Positions 1 through 11,306 of a stretch of 64,000 nucleotides of DNA are shown piece after piece. The DNA comes from Rhodosorus marinus CCMP1338 (Eukaryota > Plantae > Rhodophyta), in assembly GCA_029953675.1 (NCBI GenBank), contig JAMWBK010000002.1, positions 1,860,001-1,924,000 on the forward strand, written 5' to 3'. The number at the start of each line of letters is the position of its first letter. The first letter of the stretch is position 1. The notes under the pieces were generated by a model. That model had not been told where the DNA came from, did no database searches, and saw only the letters and a program-made list of their open reading frames with translations. The position numbers were made by a program, and so were the translations under genes.

Positions 1-1
1 G

Positions 2-247
2 AAAACTGGGCGAACCAGTTCCGAAGAGCACGAAAAACTCACAGAACTCATTGTTAAGGCTGTAGGTGACAACCCAACGACATCGTCTATCGAAAACATG
101 CCGTGGACGGCGATTAGCAGGGAAATGGGCACGCGCAGCTACTCGCAGTGCTTGAATGCAGGCCGTGCCATATTCAAGTCTTTGGTGCGACGTCAGGACA
201 CAAATGACCCCGTTCCCGTGCCTTCAAAGGAGCAGGTTGTTGACTAA
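2..247 (+). CDS. 3' end of a Myb/SANT-like protein (gene starts before the window)
   Basis: Open frame from position 2 to TAA at 245-247 reads ...IENMPWTAISREMGTRSYSQCLNAG..., resembling the W-x2-[IV]-S-x2-MGTRS-x2-QC pattern of Reb1/TTF1-type Myb repeats. Confidence 0.5.
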   Translation, partial: KTGRTSSEEHEKLTELIVKAVGDNPTTSSIENMPWTAISREMGTRSYSQCLNAGRAIFKSLVRRQDTNDPVPVPSKEQVVD

Positions 248-2266
248 CCAGAAGGCGCTCCTGGAGAAGAGATCGGGATCGAGTACTTAATATCATCGAC
301 CGACTGGTCGAGCAAACGGGCCGATTGCGCGCTCGCTTTTTTTTCATAATTACCTCTTTTTCCCTGTATTACTGCATTTGACACGAGCTCCCTGCGTCTA
401 GTGACGACTTTGTTGAGATCCTATTCAGAAGTAAACCTGTCCGACGGAGCTGGACATGCACCAAAGCAAGGCTGACTGGCTAATGAGGAGCTAAAACGGA
501 AATTTATCGCGCTTGCGGAAGAAAGACCGTGCGCGCCTTGTGATCCTCTTTTTCCCTACAACGTGCAGTCAGCGGTTTTTTTGCACCCAGCTCTTTCGAA
601 CACTATGGAGGAGCAGAGCACAATCCCTCGTCAGCGGAGCACGAACATGACCCCTTTACTACTAAGAACAACATGAGCTGCTAAAGCAAGAGAACCTGCT
701 GCCGTCATCCTGACATCATTCCCCGAGGCTTTGGCGACACAGCTTAGCACACTCTCCCCAATATCCAAGGGAAAGTGCGATACTCAATACATTAAATCGC
801 CCTCTCCTGCCAGCCTGAACCGAAGGAATGTTGGCTCGGCTAGCAAGGGAAGCCGGAACAGAGCTGCATCCGACTTTGGGCGGAAAGCAATAGGATCCAT
901 CTTCGTTTTGAGGACCAATGAACAGTGCTGCACTGCTGCACTGCGGAGAACACACAGACAGATGAGCAGCGCAACAGAAAAGAAAATGTTGATACAGGAC
1001 GCCATCTCCGATAAGCAGACAATTTCAAAAACTGTATACCCGCGGCACAGAAACCCTACATCGCTGAGAGCAAGGGTGCGAAGTCAGCATGAAACCAGTT
1101 CCTAACCTGTGGTTTTGAATACCTCTAAGCGCATCTGCCACATAGACAGCTATCGATACATTCTAGAGATTCCTAGCGGGGACATTTATAGACCACAACC
1201 CCTCAACCAGCAGCCGATCCAGATACCTTGATCCACACCCCGTTACCCACTCCCCAATCCAAAACTCTAAAAACAGAAGAAATTAAACCACTCATGAAAC
1301 CCTACCAGAAATTCTCTCCTCTCCCGCCACCACTAACTCCCACCCAACCTCCCCCCCCCCAACAAAAAAACGAAAAAGTATACATTGAACAGTAATCTTC
1401 TCTTTTTTTGTGACGAAACACCTCTCAAGCTTCAAGATTCACTGATTCCTGAAACCAGATTCCAACCATTCAAAAAAAATAAAATTACCCGGTAAGAAAT
1501 CCGTAATTGGAAAACATCACAAAAAAAGCAAAAACTACAAACTACATCTCAGAGCCAAAATGCTTAAATATTAAATCCATTCCCGCCCCATCAAAGAAAG
1601 TTCTAAAATTCAAACATTATCTTCCAATACTTCTCCAATATTTACTAGATTTAGGTATCTCGTTCTATTTGTAAAAAAAAAAGAAGAGAACAGCAACTCG
1701 ATATCCGAAAAAAACAACCTACTCTGGACACCCCCCCTCTCAACTTCCGCCAAATGCATGTATCTACATATTCCTTTCCAAGACTTTTCTAAAAAAATTA
1801 ATAAACCGAATTTTCTGTGCTTTATACATCAGGTGGGTATATATTAACAACATATTCTCCAGATTGGATTTTTTAATCTATTTTCATGACGAAAATGGAT
1901 CTCCGCTCAGCTCCTGGTAAAATGGATCCTTTAATAAGTAATGACAGACTGTCTTTTTCGGTGTTTTTAAGTAAATTTTATAAGGATTTGGTTTGTTGTC
2001 TTTTTTTTGGTGGGGGGTGGAGGTGGGAATTCTCTTTAGTTTGGTTTGGGTTGGTTTTGTGGGTGTGAGGAGAACACATTGTGAAATGTCGTTTTTCAAA
2101 ATGATGGTGCGCGATGAGGATGAGGATGTGGATGTGAATGGGGATGTGGATGAGGTATTGGGATTAGGATGGATATATGATCTGTTTAGGGTGTTCCAGT
2201 TAGGGTTAAGAGGAGGGAGGGGGGTGAAGGATGGGAGGGGGTTTTGATGATGTAAAATAAGAAGAA

Positions 2267-2889
2267 ATGGAGGTATCTAAGGAGTGCAATATTTGTTGGG
2301 AGGCGCCTGTGCGTGAAGAGCAGGCGATGGTGTCTGTTTGTAAGCATTTGTACTGGTAGGGTGTTCTGATTTCTTCTTCTTTTCTTGGGGGGTTAGCCTT
2401 GTGACTCTAGGCTGGTTTGCTTGCTGGGTCAACTGAGTTGTTCTTTACTTCTTTCTCTTGCTTGTGACTTTGGATAGCACTTCTTGTATTGTGAGCTGGG
2501 GCCTTGTGAATCCGACCTGTCCCTTGTGCAGAAAGACTTTTAACTCGCTCCTGGTCAGGCGTACTGCTGAAGGCTCGCTGGTTTTGCTTGGCAACGAGGA
2601 ATTGGGATGGGTGGAAGAATCGCTTCTCTGCCTACAGGCTGCTTCTCGAGTGAAATTGAAGGAGGTCGAGGAGAGTCCTGGTGACGACCTCTACTCAACC
2701 GGCAACTTCCAGCTGAGCGATCAATCGGTTTCGCTGACATCTCTGCGTGCAACGGTCTACCGTCCAACTACCGCATACCAAGATCATCTCGAGGCCCAAG
2801 TATTCCAGGATCTTCTCGAGGAAGAAGAATTCTACCATCGAAACGAACTGCGCAGCGGCAGACACATGGCAGACTGCTTTCTGCGCTGA
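2267..2889 (+). CDS. Small C3HC4 RING-finger protein, putative E3 ligase, 166 aa, 2 exons (2267-2355, 2478-2889)
   Basis: Spliced product MEVSKECNICWEAPVREEQAMVSVCKHLYC|TSCIVSWGLVNPTCPLCRK gives a complete RING. A GT..AG phase-2 intron restores the frame. Confidence 0.85.
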
Positions 2890-3280
2890 AAAATAGTTCA
2901 CTGCTGTGATGGGAGCCTTACCATATCACTGAGATCACATGCTTTCAAAGCCCTCTACCCATAATATCGTCGCCCTCTTATTTGCGAGTTACGCGTACAC
3001 GTATTCGTTGGACGAATAAATGCCTTGATATTTAAATAATTGTCTATTGTGAAAAGTCAACGTCCGCCTCCCGCTATTCACATGCTCGAGCCAGAGATGC
3101 TCAACGGGCAAGTTCACTTCACTCCTTGAGCTTCCCTACCCTCTTGGAAACCACAATAACCTCACAACACTGTACAGCGTGAACAAGCCCAACAACCGCT
3201 GTCATCTCTTTGGTGAATGGGCAGTCACATTGGAAGGTGTACTCAGTTGTTGCTCTGTTTGAAAAAGTCATAAGAGCATT

Positions 3281-3955
3281 TTAAAAGTGAGCAAACGACA
3301 GCAAGTAAAAATTGGAGCGAGTGTCCAAGGGCTGCAAGCAGCTTCGCACCTTCGCACCTTGAGCTCTCCTGTGTCTACCACTTCCTCGGTACCTTCCAAG
3401 ATCTTCGTCATCGTCCACGTCGAGAGCTATTGCCTGCTCGAGCATGTCCTCGTACAGCTCGCTTCGGTTTCGAACCAAGTGCAACTCATCAAAATCTTCA
3501 ACGCGAAACTCGATCTCGGCTTCGCTCTTTCGAGCTTCCGCGCTACCAAATTTCTCGAGTTTCAACCACGGAGCTTGAACGAGCGAGTACAAACTTTGCT
3601 CGGACCACCCAAGTTCAACGCCGTCGTCGAACAGAAGCGGTTTTCCTCTTGAATCCTTCCGCACAAGCACCGTGTCAAAGTTTTCCTTGCACAAAGGACA
3701 GGATTCCTGAAGCCTCGACCAGCTGACTATACAAGACAGACTATGAAAACCGCAGTCCACGGAAGAACAAAAGTGAGCACAAGAAGAACCCTTTTCAAGA
3801 GATTTATTCTGACGAAGTCAACTAACGTACCAAAAAGAATGCCCACAGGCAGGTAGCGTACCCCGATCCACCTCCTTGGGGGATCCCAAACACACACTAC
3901 ACACTTCTCCACCCGGCGCGGGTAGACCGCAATCCGATGTCTCCTTCTTCAACAT
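3281..3955 (-). CDS. Small C3HC4 RING-finger protein, paralog of the 2267-2889 gene, 2 exons (3955-3831, 3740-3281)
   Basis: Spliced product ...EVCSVCLGSPKEVDRGTLPACGHSFC|LSCIVSWSRLQESCPLCKENF. GTACGT donor; same intron position as the paralog; shared downstream ELGW motif. Confidence 0.85.
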
Positions 3956-5292
3956 CCTCGAACTTAGGTAAACTCGAATACCATAGGCCCTCCTTCAAAA
4001 CTTGCAGATGTCAATCTTCCTCCTTCAAAGTCTCTGGTCCTGGAACAGAGCTTGCTGCCCTGTCCTCGAAAATTCGTTCAGCGAGAAAGAAGTCTATTGA
4101 CTACGAAAGCAGCAAACGACAGCTGTCCTCGAGGGTTTTGACTTGGTGCGCTTCCGAGTCGTCGGCGAAACATCAGTCTGGACTAGACGCAGGAAGGCAT
4201 TACCACACCCTAGCGTAAGCTTGCCGTCGAATGATCTGGAGGGGCCAGAACGAGTTACGAACGGCAACAGCCAGGACTTGGTCAAGAACAGAATTGGTCT
4301 GACCCAGTGGTATGGGCTTGAGCTTTCCGCCGGTAATGTCTGGGGTGCTGCCTTTCTTCCCATGGCGCTGCTCGAAACTACGACGGTGACTTGCTTGAGT
4401 TACTCTGGCCTGTACGCTCAGTAGGTAGCATCTCCGCTCCACTGGAAGGGCATCAGCTTCGTCTTCAATTCAAATGGCCAAGCCTCGCCAGTTTGGGAGC
4501 GTGACTGGTTGCGAAAGGAACTCGCACTTGTTGACTCTGGATCCACACAGACCAGAACAGATTATCATGAAGAAGTTTTCTAGCGGTACCAAGGTGATTC
4601 AGCTTTTTTAGCAAGGTAAACGAAAATTCAATCACAGCCTGTACTGTGGTTCGCGGAGTCAGTGCGGAACAGCTCTCCGCTTCATCACTTATAGTGCTCA
4701 TCGGGAACCACGCTGAACAAGCTGACCGAGTTTTGGGTCGTTTCAATTCAGACGTTCCTTGATACGTCCGAGCCAACTGTGCCATGAAGCGTCTTTCATA
4801 TGCCTAGTAGATCGAGAATAGAAATTGGCAGCAAGCTATCTACACACCTGCAAAACAGTTCCAGATGGTGAGCTTTTCAAGGTGCGCGGGGGGAGGTGTT
4901 CAGACTCTTGGGAATGAAGACTACAGATTGACTCTGTCTTGAAAGACGCACACGGGACTACCTCGTCCAGGTAGTTTGGCTCTGATTAAGCGCATCTGAT
5001 CTGGACTACCCTATGATAATAGATTGAAGGAAACAGTGACTCGCACCAAGGCCAAGGCACAAAATCTGGTCCGCGAGATGATACACGTTGAAATTTAAGT
5101 AAAAACAGATGGGTTGATGAGTTTCCGCCGCCAACGAGATGACAGCTAAGATTTCTGCAAGGTCCCGTCATTAAAAATGAATATTCTGATAACGAATTTT
5201 GAAAACAATCTATTTACATTGTTCTCGTGCTCAACCCGCTTTCTTGCGCTACCACATCGTTGATCGCATACAGGTTGTAACGATCTGAGACA

Positions 5293-5385
5293 CATACTGT
5301 GTTACAACGATCTGAAGACAGGCATACTGTGTTACAATGATCTGAAGGCAGGCATACTGTGTTACAACGATCTGAAAACAGGCAT
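5293..5385. repeat. 30-bp minisatellite, 3 copies plus a partial copy
   Basis: Unit CATACTGTGTTACAACGATCTGAA(G/A)ACAGG starts at 5293, 5323 and 5353, with 1-2 substitutions per copy and no spacers. Confidence 0.95.
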
Positions 5386-5647
5386 TTGCAGCCCACATGG
5401 CGTCCTATTTCTAGCGATCGTCGTAATTCGATCAATACGCACTTCGTGTTCTGGATGTGTCAAGCGGTCGAAAACTTTTTGGCTCTTAAGGTGCCTAGGC
5501 AAGAAGATAGACTGCGTTTCCCTGCTCACCAACCGAAATCATATTGAACAGTAAAAGAAGGAACGGATCAGGAAAGAGCGGAACTTTTGACGGCGCTCCT
5601 TTCCAACCCGGACCAGATCTCGTTTCCCATTTCCCCACTTTCGTACG

Positions 5648-5765
5648 CTTTCCAATGAAATCAACCAGAGCCCTTCCCTGCAACAACGCAGTTCCTAGCT
5701 TTGATTAATTTCTTACCCTTTCCAATGAAATCGACTGGAGCCCTTCCCTGCAACAACGCAGTCCC
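5648..5765. repeat. 48-bp imperfect direct repeat, period 70
   Basis: CTTTCCAATGAAATC..C..GAGCCCTTCCCTGCAACAACGCAGT.CC at 5648-5695 and 5718-5765. Confidence 0.9.
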
Positions 5766-6795
5766 GAGAGCTTTTAATAACACTCTTGATACAACATCTT
5801 TCAACCTCAATATCACTTATCTGGCTGGTGTTTGGGAGACCGTGTGGATAAGAGGGCGACCTTTAAATGCAAGGATCGAAACCAATTTTTCTCAACGACA
5901 TGGGGTAGTCGTGTCTCACTCCGATCACGAAAACACCAAAGAAAAGCTCTTGTAAATTCTGCTGTCCATCCGTCAGCGCGTGTCTCCCTCAGTCTTACCG
6001 AAGCAAAGTCAGATTCTGAATACTCAAATCTCAACGCATAGCGGCTCTCGACTTATTTCGAGTAGGAACAACTTTTCACATGTTTTAAAAGAAAATAGAT
6101 GAAAAATATCTTGACGAAGGTAACACAGAATTTACGAACAAAAATTATCTGATTTAGTTCTGATTTATGGGGAAAAAGGATTGAGACGCCAGTCATCAAC
6201 CGACTCGCGAAAAACCAAGCAACTTTTTTCATAATTCAGGTGATAAACGTTTCTCGATGAACGCCAATAAAGCGGAAGAAATCCCAAGGGTTTGCCTATC
6301 ATCAGCTTTTATTGGTCATAATAGAAACAAAATTTAATTAGCATATAGTAATTATTTTCAATATTTTGGGAAGATTGTTGACACATTGAATGAATGAATG
6401 GGTGGTTTGTTCGCGGCTCCAACTAATCTCGACAGCCCTTGGCCAACAATCCAACAAATAGGAGCTGAATTAGGCCGTCTGGGGATCAATCAATTTTTGT
6501 TTGGAGTATCCAATTATTTTCGCTCGATTGTGCAAACACTTCAGAATAAGGTCTTTTCCCTCAACTCGGTGATTGACTCTGAAAGGCTTGTCTTCAGGTA
6601 AGTCCGGCCAGGTTGGCACAACCTCAAAACTTTTCTTAAATTTGGGCTAGATTTTCCAGAAAGAACATATGATTATATACACAACCAGCGGACCAAATAT
6701 TTCAATCAAAAGGATATGACAAAGCCAATCACATTAGCCTGCCTCCTCGTGATTGAAAATCCATTCCGTTCCCAGCCTTTTCATTTCCAAGTTTG

Positions 6796-6849
6796 CCAAA
6801 AAAATTCCCCGCGGCGCCCGTAACCCCAAAAAAATTCCCCGCGGCGCCC
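6796..6849. repeat. 24-bp direct repeat, period 30
   Basis: CCAAAAAAATTCCCCGCGGCGCCC at 6796 and 6826. Confidence 0.9.
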
Positions 6850-7092
6850 CCCCCCCCCTTTACGACTGCGTCACCATAAACTCACAACCATTAGTAAGTT
6901 TTCTAGAAATATTATTTTCCACCCTCAATCAAGAATCTATCCGTACTTGATCCACCCAAAAATCCAAGCCCCTCCCCTGCACAACTAGATCGTCACATCC
7001 ATTAAAAACGAAAATCTCACTAGGGACAAACTGTCCTAAAACACAAAAAGAATAATATTTAAAGGACAGGCTGTTTATAGTGACACCGAGAG

Positions 7093-7392
7093 TGTAACGA
7101 TTCAGGTTTCCAACTGTCCGGATCCAAGTTATTTTCCCAAACCTCCACTATTTTTATGTTTTTCTTATCTTGGATACCTCCCTCTAGCTCTCATCCTAGG
7201 AAGGAAGGTCGTAACTCTCGTATTTATAGTCTTCTGACCCATGACCTGGGTATGCTAGATTACTATTATTAGCCAAGACCGTACCATATCTTGCCAGCTG
7301 CGAGCCATCTTGGCCTTACCAGTTTTTGTACCCATTCTGGTTATTTTTAGCCCACCGATACGTTTAGCCAGATGTCAGGTCAGGACGTCACA
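7093..7392 (-). repeat. 3' LTR (300 bp)
   Basis: TGTAACG...GTCACA; matches 10236-10535 with two mismatches seen by eye. Confidence 0.97.
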
Positions 7393-7401
7393 CTCCTCCC
7401 C
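7393..7401 (-). other. Polypurine tract
   Basis: Minus strand GGGGAGGAG lies immediately before the 3' LTR. Confidence 0.85.
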
Positions 7402-7415
7402 ACTGAAAGAGAGAG

Positions 7416-9106
7416 CTACCCGGTTGCTGAAGAGGCTGCTCTATGAAGGTTAACATAGTATCTAATTTGCTTCCGAGTATTCTGATTCTGAGGTAGTTGA
7501 TGGTAAGGTAACCATCTCAAGTCATCGGTGGTCTCACATTGGAAGTAAACGAAATATTCGTCCAGCTGAGCAGCATTCAGTCGATGCCCAAGTACTGACT
7601 TAATCTCTCTTTGTGAATAAGTGGGTAGAAACGCTGTCGTCTTAGGAGTACTTCCTGGTTCAGGTCCATTAAATTTCCGCAAGAGAGATACGTGGAAAAC
7701 GTCGTGAATGTCCTGCTTTCCTCCCAGATCCAACTTGTAAGCGACTTCTCCGATTTTTCGTAGAATCTTAAAAGGTCCAATATATCGGGGTCGAAAAACG
7801 TTTGAACCTGGAAGTTGGAGATTCTGTGTAGATAAAAGGACATAATTTCCTACTTCGTAGCTGATCTCCTTCTTTCCTCGATCATAGTAATGACGTTGAC
7901 ATTCTTGGGCGTAACGTAGGTTAGCTTTTGCGAGCAACCGTTGGTCCTGTTGTTGTTGCATCATAACTGTGGCGGCCTCAGGTAGTGGTCGGGAGGGATT
8001 TTCGCTGGCGGGAACTGTGATGTCAAAAGGTAATCTCGGATTCGCGCCATAAAGCAACTCGAAAGGCGAGAATTGCGTTGAGTCTGAAACCTGGCAGTTG
8101 TAAGCTAGCTCTGCAATTGGAAGGTCGGTCGCCCAGGTCGAGGTTGTTGAATTACATCTCAGGTATGTCTCTAACGTCTGGTTCGTTCGCTCGGTTTGTC
8201 CGTCTGTTTGCGGATGATACGCCGTGCTTAGTTTCTGCTGGATCTTCATCAGCCTCATTAATTCCTTCCAAAAATGCCCCGTGAATTTTGAATCTCGATC
8301 CGAAACAATATTTTCAGGTACCCCCGCGAACCTAATCCAATGACGCATGAATAACTTCGCGGTTGTCTGTGCAGTCGCCGTTGTCGTTGTTGGAAGGAAA
8401 CGGGCGTATTTGGAGAACCGATCGACAATGACAAGGATCGCGTCAAAGCCTTCGGTGGTCGTCGGTAAGGCCGTAATGAAATCCATAGAAATGGATTGGA
8501 ACTTACTATCAGGTATCGGCAAAGGTTGTAGCTTTCCTGCTGAGTATCGCAGTGGCTTCTGTTTCTGGCAGACTTCGCAGGTTCGTAGGACGTCTTCAAT
8601 ATCCCGCTTTAACGTCGGCCAGTAGTATTTCCGCTTTAGTAGACTGATGGTCTTCGTGATTCCGAAATGACCACCCGTAGGTTCCGTGTGGTAGCTTTCC
8701 AAAAGTTCGGGTACCATGGAGTCTGGTATACAGATTCGGTGATGCCGGTACAGGACGTCGCCCCTTCTGATAAAACCTTGCTCCCGATACTTCGGAGGAC
8801 TTTGATAGATCTCCGCAAACTCAGGGTCTTCGAGGTATGCCTGCAACCAGTCCACATCGGTCGTGATAGTGGACTCAACCATCTGTTGCACGGCATGACG
8901 ACTTAACGCATCCGCAATATTCTCCTTGCCTTTTTTATACTCTATCGTAAAGGAGAAGGGCAACAGCCGGTTGACGTAACGTGCTTGCCGTTTGGTGAGT
9001 TCCTTCTGAGAGCGAAGGAACCTCAGCGGGTGGTGGTCCGTCCGAACGGTGAATTCTGAGCCCTCCAGATACATTCTCCAATTTAGGATCGCAGCTGATA
9101 ATGCGA
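7416..9106 (-). pseudogene. Truncated pol: RNase H C-terminus, integrase (HHCC, DDE, GPY/F) and chromodomain
   Basis: Motifs WRMYLEGSEFTVRTDHHPL; YHTEPTGGHFG...CEVC; SMDFIT, DRDSKF, QTERTN; PRYIGPF..HDVFHVSLL; EIKSVLGHR..EYFVYF..RWLP. The frame is open, but its 5' end is cut at the inversion junction. Confidence 0.9.
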
Positions 9107-9552
9107 ATTTTAACAAATGCTTGATCCAGGTTGGAGAAATATCAGACTCGGAGAAATTTGATCGCTTCGTGGAAGGGTTGCAACCAGACTTCAAGAAATA
9201 TATTTACACTCAAGATATAACCACCTTCGAAGAGGCTCAGGCCCTGGCCCTTAAGATCGAAGGAGCGGACATTGCGAGTTACAGCTCAAATTCGCGTAAG
9301 GAACAGACGCCCTACGAACAACCAAAACCGGTACCAAGGGCGACTCCTGCGAGCAGACAAACCCGTTCGGGACGTCAATATCCACCAAGGACGCAAGAGC
9401 TCAACCGAAGCAAATATGCGAACATAATCTGTAACTACTGCGGCAAGACGGGCCATACCCAACGCATCTGTTGGGATAATCCTGACCGAGACATGACGGT
9501 CTCGAAATCGGCTCCGCCGCGAACGCAGCAGTTAAACGATACGCAGCAGTAA
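9107..9552 (+). pseudogene. Inverted C-terminal half of gag with CCHC zinc knuckle
   Basis: Plus-strand FNKCLIQ...CNYCGKTGHTQRICW...QQ* continues the gag seen on the minus strand, but in the opposite orientation. Confidence 0.9.
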
Positions 9553-9566
9553 CCGACGCCGCCACT

Positions 9567-10052
9567 GGCCAGGGCCTGAGCCTCTTCGAAGGTGGTTATA
9601 TCTTGAATGTAAATATATTTCTTGAAGTCTGGTTGCAACCCTTCCACGAAGCGATCAAATTTCTCCGAGTCTGATATTTCTCCAACCTGGATCAAGCATT
9701 TGTTAAAATACGCTGTATAGGCGGCGACCGTTGTGCGTTGTACGGCGCGTGCCAATTGCTGCTTGGCGCGGATCTTCGCGTCAGCCGGGTAAAATTGGGA
9801 TTTTAACGCTTCCTCAAATCCAGCGTAGTGTAGGGGTCTTTTCGCGTCCGGGATGAGGGACCACCAGTAGGAGGCGTCCCCTGTGAGGTAACCCTCCGCC
9901 AAAGTAATTTTGTAGTCATCGTCGTTGTCGGGTAATCGGGCTAATTTGAAATTAGTCCGAAGGTTGTTCAGGAAGGTGCTTATGACGAGCGCGTCTCGCT
10001 TGCCATCGTATGCCTTAGGCTGCGGTGCTTGAATCTTTATCAAAGATGCCAT
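9567..10052 (-). pseudogene. N-terminal gag (retrotransposon capsid-like), truncated at the fold-back junction
   Basis: MASLIKIQAPQPKAYDGKRD...YLTGDASYWW...FVEGLQP; typical Ty3 gag pattern. Confidence 0.9.
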
Positions 10053-10235
10053 TCTCGTTCAAGTTTTCTGATTCTCTGGTTAAAAAGGTCAATTGCCGTT
10101 TGTTGATAGGCTAACTGCTTCTGGGTCGTCGTCTTTGAAGGTGTTATAGGATATTCCTCTGGTTCTGAAGTTTCAGGAGTTCCTCTGGTTTCGGGGTTCA
10201 GCTTCCGTCAATCGCAACACATGCGATGAGACCAA

Positions 10236-10535
10236 TGTAACGATTCAGGTTTCCAACTGTCCGGATCCAAGTTATTTTCCCAAACCTCCACTATTTTTAT
10301 GTTTTTCTTATCTTGGATACCTCCCTCTAGCTCTCATCCTAGGAAGGAAGGTCGTAACTCTCGTATTTATAGTCTTCTGACCCATGACCTGGGTATGCTA
10401 GATTACTATTATTAGCCAAGACCGTACCATATCTTGCCCGCTGCGAGCCATCTTGGCCTTACCAGTTTTTGTACCCATTCTGGTTATTTTTAGCTCACCG
10501 ATACGTTTAGCCAGATGTCAGGTCAGGACGTCACA
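10236..10535 (-). repeat. 5' LTR (300 bp) with TATA box
   Basis: Near-identical to 7093-7392; minus-strand TATAAATA at 10371-10364. Confidence 0.97.
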
Positions 10536-11306
10536 AAGAATAATATTTAAAGGACAGGCTGTTTATAGCGACACCGAGAGAAATCCATCAATTGTTGTTT
10601 TCGTTGCGCGGGGGTCCCGGGGGAAATGCGTGGGCAATGTGTACGCGTAGTATGTGACTAGGAAATGGGACCCGACCTCCGTACTGATCAAAATAGATTT
10701 ATTTTCGGGAGGCGGGACAGGAGTGACGGGGATGTATTTGCTTCCCTTTTTCTTGGTTGGTTTTGGAGAAAAAAGGTGTATTTTAGGGAATATAGGAGAA
10801 ATAGGGCTCAGAGTGGCCCTTGAGGGTTTCGTTGAAAGGTGCCAAGCCGTCAAAGCCTTTTTTTAGGGGGGCTTGAGAAGCTGGGGATGGAAGGTCTTTT
10901 GCGCCAGAGAAGGTTGTGAAGAGAGTGCACTTAGACAGAGAGAGTTAGCGTAGGAAAGAGAGAGAAGTTTTTTTGTCGGATGAATACTGCTTGGAAGCCG
11001 AGTTTGATAGTTGGTCTGTTTTTTGGGTGGAAGTGAACTGTTGTGAGTGCTATAAAAAGGGACGGGGGAAGCGTCTGGAGGGGGCAAGAGCTGGGACATT
11101 GGACTTCCTTGGCGGCTTTCCAGGCCCGGTTCTTGAGGGTTTGGGCTTCTTTAGAAATTTTTCAAAAGGGCTAATGTGGTCTTGTTAGATTTGTGGGTGT
11201 GAAACGTTGAGTAAGTAGGCGATTCGTGTCCATCCAAGTGCAGAGCTAGGTTTCTTGGGCCCTGTTGAGGCGACTCTGGAGTAGTCTCTTCTACTGGCCT
11301 AACGAA

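Larger units (their letters stand above)
7093..10535 (-). mobile_element. Ty3/gypsy chromovirus-type LTR retrotransposon, non-autonomous (PR/RT missing, internal inversion)
   Basis: Two 300-bp TG..CA LTRs. PPT and a TGG-starting PBS-like site define minus orientation. Contains gag, the RNase H C-terminus, integrase and a chromodomain; no protease or RT motifs are visible. Confidence 0.95.

Noticed and set aside
4094-4785. Minus-strand ORFs upstream of the second RING gene
   Set aside because: No recognisable motifs and no convincing splice path joining them or linking them to the RING gene.
5293-5385. 30-bp repeats resembling a CRISPR array
   Set aside because: The units are head-to-tail with no spacers, the context is eukaryotic, and there are no cas genes. 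It is a minisatellite.
7416-9194. 592-aa ORF as an intact pol gene
   Set aside because: Its first roughly 30 codons are the antisense of the inverted gag segment, and protease and RT are absent. It is a chimeric frame.
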